A stretch of DNA of 64,000 nucleotides from Eledone cirrhosa (lineage: Eukaryota). The position numbers were made by a program, and so were the translations under genes. Every line of letters begins with the position of its first letter. The first letter of the stretch is position 1. Where the stretch lies: contig OZ024740.1 in NCBI GenBank assembly GCA_964016885.1, positions 371,566,001 to 371,630,000 of the forward strand, written 5' to 3'. The notes under the pieces were generated by a model, which worked only from the letters and a program-made list of their open reading frames with translations, had not been told where the DNA came from and did no database searches. Positions 50,301-62,645 of this stretch are shown piece after piece.

Positions 50301-53300
50301 TTCACTATATTCCATCTTTCACTATATTCCATCATTCACTATATTCCATCTTTCACTATATTCCATCTTTCACTATATTCCATAATACATTATATTCCAT
50401 CTTTCACTATATTTCATCTTTCACTATATTCCATCTTTCACTATATTCCATCTTTCACTATTTTCCATCATTCACTATATTCCATCTTTCACTATATTCC
50501 ATCTTTCACTATATTCCATAATACATTATATTCCATCTTTCTCTATATTTCATCTTTCACTATATTCCATCTTTCACTATATTCCATCTTTCACTATATT
50601 CCATCATTCACTATATTCCATCTTTCACTATATTCCATCTTTCACTGTATTCCATAATTCATTATATTCCATCTTTCACTATATTCCATCATTCACTATA
50701 TTCCATCTTTCATTATATTCCACTTTTCACTATATTCCATCTTTCACTATATTCCATCTTTCACTATATGCCATCTTTCATTATATTCCATCTTTCACTA
50801 TATTCCATCCTTCACTATATTCCATCTTTCACTATATTCCATCATTCACTATATTCCATCTTTCATTATATTCCATCTTTCACTATATTCCATAATACAT
50901 TATATTCCATCTTTCACTATATTTCATCTTTCACTATATTCCATCTTTCACTATATTCCATCTTTCACTATATTCCATCATTCACTATATTCCATCTTTC
51001 ACTATATTCCATCTTTCACTGTATTCCATAATTCATTATATTCCATAATTCATTATATTCCATCTTTCACTATATTCCATCTTTCATTATATTCCATCTT
51101 TCACTATATTCCATCTTTCACTATATTTCATCTTTCACTATATTCCATCTTTCACTATATTCCATCTTTCACTATATTCCATCATTCACTATATTCCATC
51201 TTTCACTATATTCCATCTTTCACTATATTCCATAATTCATTATATTCCATCTTTCACTATATTCCATCTTTCACTATATTCCATCTTTCACTGTATTCCA
51301 TAATTCATTATATTCCATCTTTCACTATATTCCATCATTCACTATAATCCATCTTTCATTATATTCCACTTTTCACTATATTCGATCTTTCACTATATTC
51401 CATCTTTCACTATATTCCATCTTTCACTATATTCCATCTTTCACTATAATCCATCTTTCACTATATTCCATAATTCATTATATTCCATCTTTCACTATAT
51501 TCCATCTTTCACTATATTCCATCTTTCACTATCTTCCATCGTTCACTATATTCCATCATTCACTATATTCCATCTTTCACTATATTCCATCTTTCACTAT
51601 ATTCCATCATTCACTATATTCCATCTTTCACTATATTCCATCTTTCACTATATTCCATCTTTCACTATATTCCATCTTTCACTATATTCCATCTTTCACT
51701 ATATTCCATCTTTCACTATATTCCATCTTTCATTATATTCCATCTTTCACTATATTCCATCTTTCACTATATTCCATCTTTCATTATATTGCATCTTTCA
51801 CTATATTCCATATTTCATTATATTCCATCTTTCATTATATTCCATCTTTCACTATATTCCATCTTTCAATATATTCCATCTTTCACTATATTCTATCTTT
51901 CACTATATTCCATCATTCACTATATTCCATCATTCACTATATTCCATCATTCATTATATTCCAACTTTCACTATATTCCATCATTCACTATATTCCATCT
52001 TTCACTATATTCCATAATTCATTATATTCCATCTTTCACTATATTCCATCTTTCACTATATTCCATCATTCATTATATACCATCATTCACTATACTCCAT
52101 CATTCATTGTATTCCATCTTTCACTATATTCCATCTTTCATTATATTCCATCTTTCACTATATTCCATCTTTCATTATATTCCATAATTCATTATATTCC
52201 ATCTTTCACTATATTCCTTCTTTCATTATATTCCATCTTTCACTATATTCCATATTTCATTATATTCCATAATTCATTATATTCCATCTTTCACTATATT
52301 CCATCTTTCATTATATTCCATCTTTCACTATATTCCATCTTTCACTATATTCCATCTTTCACTATATTCCAGCTTTCACTATATTCCATCTTCCACTATA
52401 TTCCATCTTTCATTATATTCCATCTTTCACTATATTCCATCTTTCACTGTATTCCATAATTCATTATATTCCATCTTTCACTATATTCCATCATTCACTA
52501 TATTCCATCTTTCATTATATTGCATCTTTCACTATATTCCATCTTTCATTATATTCCATCTTTCATTATATTCCATCTTTCTCTATATTCCATCTTTCAA
52601 TATATTCCATCTTTCACTATATTCTATCTTTCACTATATTCCATCATTCACTATATTCCATTATTCACTATATTCCATCATTCAATATATTCCAACTTTC
52701 ACTATATTCCATCATTCACTATATTCCATCTTTCACTATATTCCATAATTCATTATATTCCATCTTTCACTATATTCCATCTTTCATTATATTCCATAAT
52801 TCATTATATTCCTTCTTTCACTATATTCCATCTTTCACTATATTCCATCTTTCATTATATTCCATCTTTCACTATATTCCATATTTCATTATATTCCATA
52901 ATTCATTATATTCCATCTTTCACTATATTCCATCTTTCATTATATTCCATCTTTCACTATATTCCATCTTTCACTATATTCCATCTTTCATTATATTCCA
53001 TCTTTCACTATATTCCATCTTTCATTATATTCCATAATCCATTATATTCCATCTTTCACGATATTCCATCTTTCATTATATTCCATCTTTCACTATATTC
53101 CATCTTTCACTATATTCCATCTTTCACTATATTCCATCTTTCACTATATTCCATATTTCACTATATTCCATCTTTCACTATATTCCATCTTTCATTATAT
53201 TCCATCTTTCACTATATTCCATCTTTCATTATATTCCATCTTTCATTATATTCCACTTTTCACTATATTCGATCTTTCACTATATTCCATCTTTCACTAT

Positions 53301-54268
53301 ATTCCATCTTTCACTATATTCCATCTTTCACTATAATCCATCTTTCACTATATTCCATAATTCATTATATTCCATCTTTCACTATATTCCATCTTTCACT
53401 ATATTCCATCTTTCACTATCTTCCATCGTTCACTATATTCCATCATTCACTATATTCCATCTTTCACTATATTCCATCTTTCACTATATTCCATCATTCA
53501 CTATATTCCATCTTTCACTATATTCCATCTTTCACTATATTCCATCTTTCACTATATTCCATCTTTCACTATATTCCATCTTTCACTATATTCCATCTTT
53601 CACTATATTCCATCTTTCATTATATTCCATCTTTCACTATATTCCATCTTTCACTATATTCCATCTTTCATTATATTGCATCTTTCACTATATTCCATAT
53701 TTCATTATATTCCATCTTTCATTATATTCCATCTTTCACTATATTCCATCTTTCAATATATTCCATCTTTCACTATATTCTATCTTTCACTATATTCCAT
53801 CATTCACTATATTCCATCATTCACTATATTCCATCATTCATTATATTCCAACTTTCACTATATTCCATCATTCACTATATTCCATCTTTCACTATATTCC
53901 ATAATTCATTATATTCCATCTTTCACTATATTCCATCTTTCACTATATTCCATCATTCATTATATACCATCATTCACTATACTCCATCATTCATTGTATT
54001 CCATCTTTCACTATATTCCATCTTTCATTATATTCCATCTTTCACTATATTCCATCTTTCATTATATTCCATAATTCATTATATTCCATCTTTCACTATA
54101 TTCCTTCTTTCATTATATTCCATCTTTCACTATATTCCATATTTCATTATATTCCATAATTCATTATATTCCATCTTTCACTATATTCCATCTTTCATTA
54201 TATTCCATCTTTCACTATATTCCATCTTTCACTATATTCCATCTTTCACTATATTCCATCTTTCACTA
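41351..54268. repeat. Tandem duplication of a 6459-bp (380 monomers minus 1 bp) unit, followed by a partial third copy to about 56.3 kb
   Basis: Seven ORF-start pairs are offset by exactly 6459 (41693/48152, 42424/48883, 43444/49903, 44309/50768, 45330/51789, 46061/52520, 47217/53676). TAATCC occurs at 41351 and 47810. A further copy lies at offset 5524 (54407, 55427, 56292). Confidence 0.9.
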
Positions 54269-57200
54269 TATTCCATCTTCCACTATATTCCATCTTTCAT
54301 TATATTCCATCTTTCACTATATTCCATCTTTCACTGTATTCCATAATTCATTATATTCCATCTTTCACTATATTCCATCATTCACTATATTCCATCTTTC
54401 ATTATATTGCATCTTTCACTATATTCCATCTTTCATTATATTCCATCTTTCATTATATTCCATCTTTCTCTATATTCCATCTTTCAATATATTCCATCTT
54501 TCACTATATTCTATCTTTCACTATATTCCATCATTCACTATATTCCATTATTCACTATATTCCATCATTCAATATATTCCAACTTTCACTATATTCCATC
54601 ATTCACTATATTCCATCTTTCACTATATTCCATAATTCATTATATTCCATCTTTCACTATATTCCATCTTTCATTATATTCCATAATTCATTATATTCCT
54701 TCTTTCACTATATTCCATCTTTCACTATATTCCATCTTTCATTATATTCCATCTTTCACTATATTCCATATTTCATTATATTCCATAATTCATTATATTC
54801 CATCTTTCACTATATTCCATCTTTCATTATATTCCATCTTTCACTATATTCCATCTTTCACTATATTCCATCTTTCATTATATTCCATCTTTCACTATAT
54901 TCCATCTTTCATTATATTCCATAATCCATTATATTCCATCTTTCACGATATTCCATCTTTCATTATATTCCATCTTTCACTATATTCCATCTTTCACTAT
55001 ATTCCATCTTTCACTATATTCCATCTTTCACTATATTCCATATTTCACTATATTCCATCTTTCACTATATTCCATCTTTCATTATATTCCATCTTTCACT
55101 ATATTCCATCTTTCATTATATTCCATCTTTCACTATATTCCATCTTTCACTATATTCTATCTTTCACTATATTCCATAATTCATTATATTCCATCTTTCA
55201 CTATATTCCATCTTTCACTATATTCCATAATTCATTATATTCCATCTTTCACTATATTCCATCTTTCATTATATTCCATAATTCACTATATTCCATCTTC
55301 CACTATATTCCATCTTTCATTATATTCCATCTTTCACTATATTCCATCTTTCACTGTATTCCATAATTCATTATATTCCATCTTTCACTATATTCCATCA
55401 TTCACTATATTCCATCTTTCATTATATTGCATCTTTCACTATATTCCATTTTTCATTATATTCCATCTTTCATTATATTCCATTTTCTCTCTATTCCATC
55501 TTTCAATATATTCCATCTTTCACTATATTCTATCTTTCACTATATTCCATCATTCACTATATTCCATCATTCACTATATTCCATCATTCAATATATTCCA
55601 ACTTTCACTATATTCCATCATTCACTATATTCCATCTTTCACTATATTCCATCTTTCATTATATTCCATCTTTCACTATATTCCATCTTTCACTATATTC
55701 CATCTTTTATTATATTCCATCTTTAACTATATTCCATCTTTCACTATATTCCATCTTTCATAATATTCCATCTTTCACTATATTCCATCTTTCACTATAT
55801 TCCATCTTTCACTATATTCCATCCTTCACTATATTCCATCTTTCACTATATTCCATCATTCACTATATTCCATCTTTCACTATATTCCATCTTTCACTAT
55901 ATTCCATAATACATTATATTCCATCTTTCACTATATTTCATCTTTCACTATATTCCATCTTTCACTATATTCCATCTTTCACTATATTCCATCATTCACT
56001 ATATTCCATCTTTCACTATATTCCATCTTTCACTATATTCCATAATACATTATATTCCATCTTTCACTATATTTCATCTTTCACTATATTCCATCTTTCA
56101 CTATATTCCATCTTTCACTATATTCCATCATTCACTATATTCCATCTTTCACTATATTCCATCTTTCACTGTATTCCATAATTCATTATATTCCATCTTT
56201 CACTATATTCCATCATTCACTATATTCCATCTTTCATTATATTCCACTTTTCACTATATTCCATCTTTCACTATATTCCATCTTTCACTATATGCCATCT
56301 TTCATTATATTCCATCTTTCACTATATTCCATCTTTCACTATATTCCATCTTTCACTATATTCCATCTTTCACTACATTCCATCTTTCACTATATTCCAT
56401 CTTTCACTATATTCCATCTTTCACTATATTCCATAATTCATTATATTCCACCTTTCACTATATTCCATCTTTCACTATATTCCATCTTTCACTATATTCC
56501 ATCTTTCACTATATTCCATCATTCACTATATTCCATCTTTCACTCTATTCCATCTTTCACTATATTCCATCTTTCACTATATTCCATCTTTCACTATATT
56601 CCATCTTTCACTATATTCCATCTTTCACTATATTCCATAATTCATTATATTCCACCTTTCACTATATTCCATCTTTCACTATATTCCATCTTTCACTATA
56701 TTCCATCTTTCACTATATTCCATCATTCACTATATTCCATCTTTCACTATATTCCTTAATTCATTATATTCCATCTTTCACTATATTCCATCTTTCACTA
56801 TATTCCATCATTCATTATATACAATCATTCACTATATTCCATCATTCATTATATTCCATCTTTCACTATATTCCATCTTTCACTATATTTCATCTTTCAC
56901 TATATTCCATCTTTCATTATATTCCATCTTTCACTATATTCCATCTTTCATTATATTCCATAATTCATTATATTCCATCTTTCACTATATTCCATCTTTC
57001 ACTATATTCCATCTTTCATTATATTCCATCTTTCACTATATTCCATATTTCATTATATTCCATAATTCATTATATTCCATCTTTCACTATATTCCATCTT
57101 TCATTATATTCCATCTTTCACTATATTCCATCTTTCACTATATACCATCTTTCATTATATTCCATCTTTCACTATATTCCATCTTTCATTATATTCCATA

Positions 57201-59159
57201 ATCCATTATATTCCATCTTTCACGATATTCCATCTTTCATTATATTCGATCTTTCACTATATTCTATCTTTCACTATATTCCATCTTTCACTATATTCCA
57301 TCTTTCACTATATTCCAAATTTCACTATATTCCATCTTTCACGATATTCCATCTTTCACTATATTCCATATTTCATTATATTCCATCTTTCACTATATTC
57401 CATCTTTCATTATATTCCATCTTTCACTATATTCCATCTTTCACTATATTCTATCTTTCACTATATTCCATAATTCATTATATTCCATCTTTCACTATAT
57501 TCCATCTTTCACTATATTCCATCTTTCACTATATTCCATCTTTCACTATATTCCATCTTTCACTATATTCCATCCTTCACTGTATTCCATCTTTCACTAT
57601 ATTCCATCATTCACTATATTCCATCTTTCACTATATTCCATCTTTCACTATATTCCATAATTCATTATATTCCATCTTTCACTATATTTCATCTTTCACT
57701 ATATTCCATCTTTCACTATATTCCATTTTTCACTATATTCCATCATTCACTATATTCCATCTTTCACTATATTCCATCTTTCACTATATTCCATAATTCA
57801 TTATATTCCATCTTTCACTATATTCCATCTTTCACTATATTCCATCTTTCACTGTATTCCATAATTCATTATATTCCATCTTTCACTATATTCCATCATT
57901 CACTATATTCCATCTTTCATTATATTCCACTTTTCACTATATTCCATCTTTCACTATATTCCATCTTTCACTATATTCCATCTTTCATTATATTCCATCT
58001 TTCACTATATCCCATCTTTCACTATATTTCATCTTTCACTATATTCCATCTTTCACTATATTCCATCTTTCACTATATTCCATAATTCATTATATTCCAC
58101 CTTTCACTATATTCCATCTTTCACTATATTCCATCTTTCACTATATTCCATCTTTCACTCTATTCCATCTTTCACTATATTCCATCTTTCACTATATTCC
58201 ATCTTTCACTATATTCCATCTTTCACTATATTCCATAATTCATTATATTCCACCTTTCACTATATTCCATCTTTCACTATATTCCATCTTTCACTATATT
58301 CCATCTTTCACTATATTCCATCATTCACTATATTCCATCTTTCACTATATTCCATCTTTCACTATATTCCATCATTCACTATATTCCATCTTTCACTTTA
58401 TTCCATCTTTCACTATATTCCATCTTTCACTATATTCCATCTTTCACTATATTCCATCTTTCACTATATTCCATCTTTCACTATATTCCATAATTCATTA
58501 TATTCCATCTTTCACTATATTTCATCTTTCACTATATTCCATCTTTCACTATATTCCATCTTTCACTATATTCCATCATTCACTATATTCCATCTTTCAC
58601 TATATTCCATCTTTCACTATATTCCATAATTCATTATATTCCATCTTTCACTATATTCCATCTTTCACTATATTCCATCTTTCACTGTATTCCATAATTC
58701 ATTATATTCCATCTTTCACTATATTCCATCATTCAATATATTCCATCTTTCATTTTATTCCACTTTTCACTATATTCCATCTTTCACTATATTCCATCTT
58801 TCACTATATTCCATCTTTCATTATATTCCATCTTTCACTATATTCCATCTTTCACTATATTCCATCTTTCACTATATTCCATCTTTCACTATATTTCATC
58901 TTTCACTATATTCCATCTTTCACTATATTCCATCTTTCACTATATTCCATAATTCATTATATTCCACCTTTCACTATATTCCATCTTTCACTATATTCCA
59001 TCTTTCACTATATTCCATCTTTCACTATATTCCATCATTCACTATATTCCAACTTTCACTATATTCCATCATTCACTATATTCCATCTTTCACTATATTC
59101 CATAATTCATTATATTCCATCTTTCACTATATTCCATCTTTCACTATATTCCATCATTC

Positions 59160-59177
59160 ATTATTTACCATCATTCA
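59160..59177 (+). repeat. Left target-site duplication of SINE copy 1 (ATTATTTACCATCATTCA)
   Basis: The same 18-mer recurs at 59364-59381. I saw the TATTTACC variant only next to the SINEs. Confidence 0.88.
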
Positions 59178-59363
59178 AGGGCGGTGGATTGGCAGTATCG
59201 GTAGAGGGTCGGACGCCATGCTTTCCAGCATAGTTACGTCCCTTTACGATCTGAGTTCAAATCCCGCCGAGGTTGACTTTGCCTTTCATCCTTACGGGGT
59301 CGATAAAATAAAGTACCAGTAATGCACTGGGTAATTGCTGGCCTTGTGCCTAAAGTAGAAACA
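59178..59363 (+). mobile_element. tRNA-derived SINE, copy 1 (186 bp), resembling octopus/cephalopod SINEs
   Basis: G-containing unique insert flanked by an 18-bp direct repeat. It has an A box TGGCAGTATCGG, a B box GTTCAAATCC, and an acceptor-stem remnant GGCGG (59180-59184)/CCGCC (59264-59268). The body GACTTTGCCTTTCATCCTTACGGGGTCGATAAAATAAAGTACCAG and 3' end GCTGGCCTTGTGCC match my recollection of octopus SINEs; the family is not verified by search. Confidence 0.9.
59190..59264 (+). promoter_or_regulatory. Internal type-2 RNA polymerase III promoter of SINE copy 1 (A box 59190-59201, B box 59255-59264)
   Basis: TGGCAGTATCGG resembles the A box TRGCNNARYGG, and GTTCAAATCC fits the B box GTTCRANNC. 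The A box starts about 12 nt from the element's 5' end. Confidence 0.75.
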
Positions 59364-59381
59364 ATTATTTACCATCATTCA
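59364..59381 (+). repeat. Right target-site duplication of SINE copy 1
   Basis: Exact match to 59160-59177. The first bases (ATTATT) could equally be SINE tail. Confidence 0.88.
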
Positions 59382-62300
59382 CTATATTCCATCATTCATT
59401 ATATTCCATCTTTCACTATATTCCATCTTTCACTGTATGACATAATTCATTATATTCCATCTTTCACTATATTCCATCATTCACTATATTCCATCTTTCA
59501 TTATATTCCACTTTTCACTATATTCCATCTTTCACTATATTCCATCTTTCACTATATTCCATCTTTCATTATATTCCATCTTTCACTATATTCCATCTTT
59601 CACTATATTCCATCTTTCACTATATTCCATCTTTCACTACATTCCATCTTTCACTATATTCCATCTTTCACTATATTCCATCTTTCACTATATTCCATAA
59701 TTCATTATATTCCACCTTTCACTATATTCCATCTTTCACTATATTCCATCTTTCACTATATTCCATCTTTCACTATATTCCATCATTCACTATATTCCAT
59801 CTTTCACTCTATTCCATCTTTCACTATATTCCATCTTTCACTATATTCCATCTTTCACTATATTCCATCTTTCACTATATTCCATCTTTCACTATATTCC
59901 ATAATTCATTATATTCCACCTTTCACTATATTCCATCTTTCACTATATTCCATCTTTCACTATATTCCATCTTTCACTATATTCCATCATTCACTATATT
60001 CCATCTTTCACTATATTCCTTAATTCATTATATTCCATCTTTCACTATATTCCATCTTTCACTATATTCCATCATTCATTATATACAATCATTCACTATA
60101 TTCCATCATTCATTATATTCCATCTTTCACTATATTCCATCTTTCACTATATTTCATCTTTCACTATATTCCATCTTTCATTATATTCCATCTTTCACTA
60201 TATTCCATCTTTCATTATATTCCATAATTCATTATATTCCATCTTTCACTATATTCCATCTTTCACTATATTCCATCTTTCATTATATTCCATCTTTCAC
60301 TATATTCCATATTTCATTATATTCCATAATTCATTATATTCCATCTTTCACTATATTCCATCTTTCATTATATTCCATCTTTCACTATATTCCATCTTTC
60401 ACTATATACCATCTTTCATTATATTCCATCTTTCACTATATTCCATCTTTCATTATATTCCATAATCCATTATATTCCATCTTTCACGATATTCCATCTT
60501 TCATTATATTCGATCTTTCACTATATTCTATCTTTCACTATATTCCATCTTTCACTATATTCCATCTTTCACTATATTCCAAATTTCACTATATTCCATC
60601 TTTCACGATATTCCATCTTTCACTATATTCCATATTTCATTATATTCCATCTTTCACTATATTCCATCTTTCATTATATTCCATCTTTCACTATATTCCA
60701 TCTTTCACTATATTCTATCTTTCACTATATTCCATAATTCATTATATTCCATCTTTCACTATATTCCATCTTTCACTATATTCCATCTTTCACTATATTC
60801 CATCTTTCACTATATTCCATCTTTCACTATATTCCATCCTTCACTGTATTCCATCTTTCACTATATTCCATCATTCACTATATTCCATCTTTCACTATAT
60901 TCCATCTTTCACTATATTCCATAATTCATTATATTCCATCTTTCACTATATTTCATCTTTCACTATATTCCATCTTTCACTATATTCCATTTTTCACTAT
61001 ATTCCATCATTCACTATATTCCATCTTTCACTATATTCCATCTTTCACTATATTCCATAATTCATTATATTCCATCTTTCACTATATTCCATCTTTCACT
61101 ATATTCCATCTTTCACTGTATTCCATAATTCATTATATTCCATCTTTCACTATATTCCATCATTCACTATATTCCATCTTTCATTATATTCCACTTTTCA
61201 CTATATTCCATCTTTCACTATATTCCATCTTTCACTATATTCCATCTTTCATTATATTCCATCTTTCACTATATCCCATCTTTCACTATATTTCATCTTT
61301 CACTATATTCCATCTTTCACTATATTCCATCTTTCACTATATTCCATAATTCATTATATTCCACCTTTCACTATATTCCATCTTTCACTATATTCCATCT
61401 TTCACTATATTCCATCTTTCACTCTATTCCATCTTTCACTATATTCCATCTTTCACTATATTCCATCTTTCACTATATTCCATCTTTCACTATATTCCAT
61501 AATTCATTATATTCCACCTTTCACTATATTCCATCTTTCACTATATTCCATCTTTCACTATATTCCATCTTTCACTATATTCCATCATTCACTATATTCC
61601 ATCTTTCACTATATTCCATCTTTCACTATATTCCATCATTCACTATATTCCATCTTTCACTTTATTCCATCTTTCACTATATTCCATCTTTCACTATATT
61701 CCATCTTTCACTATATTCCATCTTTCACTATATTCCATCTTTCACTATATTCCATAATTCATTATATTCCATCTTTCACTATATTTCATCTTTCACTATA
61801 TTCCATCTTTCACTATATTCCATCTTTCACTATATTCCATCATTCACTATATTCCATCTTTCACTATATTCCATCTTTCACTATATTCCATAATTCATTA
61901 TATTCCATCTTTCACTATATTCCATCTTTCACTATATTCCATCTTTCACTGTATTCCATAATTCATTATATTCCATCTTTCACTATATTCCATCATTCAA
62001 TATATTCCATCTTTCATTTTATTCCACTTTTCACTATATTCCATCTTTCACTATATTCCATCTTTCACTATATTCCATCTTTCATTATATTCCATCTTTC
62101 ACTATATTCCATCTTTCACTATATTCCATCTTTCACTATATTCCATCTTTCACTATATTTCATCTTTCACTATATTCCATCTTTCACTATATTCCATCTT
62201 TCACTATATTCCATAATTCATTATATTCCACCTTTCACTATATTCCATCTTTCACTATATTCCATCTTTCACTATATTCCATCTTTCACTATATTCCATC

Positions 62301-62423
62301 ATTCACTATATTCCAACTTTCACTATATTCCATCATTCACTATATTCCATCTTTCACTATATTCCATAATTCATTATATTCCATCTTTCACTATATTCCA
62401 TCTTTCACTATATTCCATCATTC

Positions 62424-62441
62424 ATTATTTACCATCATTCA
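62424..62441 (+). repeat. Left target-site duplication of SINE copy 2
   Basis: ATTATTTACCATCATTCA, repeated at 62628-62645. Confidence 0.88.
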
Positions 62442-62627
62442 AGGGCGGTGGATTGGCAGTATCGGTAGAGGGTCGGACGCCATGCTTTCCAGCATAGTTA
62501 CGTCCCTTTACGATCTGAGTTCAAATCCCGCCGAGGTTGACTTTGCCTTTCATCCTTACGGGGTCGATAAAATAAAGTACCAGTAATGCACTGGGTAATT
62601 GCTGGCCTTGTGCCTAAAGTAGAAACA
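62442..62627 (+). mobile_element. tRNA-derived SINE, copy 2 (identical to copy 1)
   Basis: Identical to 59178-59363 by eye, with the same TSD and flanking monomer variants, at an offset of 3264 bp. Confidence 0.9.
62454..62528 (+). promoter_or_regulatory. Internal type-2 RNA polymerase III promoter of SINE copy 2 (A box 62454-62465, B box 62519-62528)
   Basis: Same motifs as copy 1. Confidence 0.75.
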
Positions 62628-62645
62628 ATTATTTACCATCATTCA
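62628..62645 (+). repeat. Right target-site duplication of SINE copy 2
   Basis: Exact match to 62424-62441. Confidence 0.88.

Noticed and set aside
713-56759. Dozens of long + strand ORFs (up to 1147 aa) of FHLSLYSIFHYIPSFTI repeats
   Set aside because: They are a by-product of a stop-free 17-bp monomer. All three frames give the same peptide, the ORFs overlap, and starts and stops come from sporadic variants. No unique domain is present.
59178-59270. Functional tRNA gene
   Set aside because: A/B boxes and an acceptor remnant are present, but the T-arm pairs poorly and I could not build a cloverleaf. It continues into a SINE body bounded by TSDs.
59160-62645. CRISPR-like reading (repeats flanking unique inserts)
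   Set aside because: The repeats are contiguous without spacers, the two inserts are identical 186-bp SINEs, and no cas genes are present.
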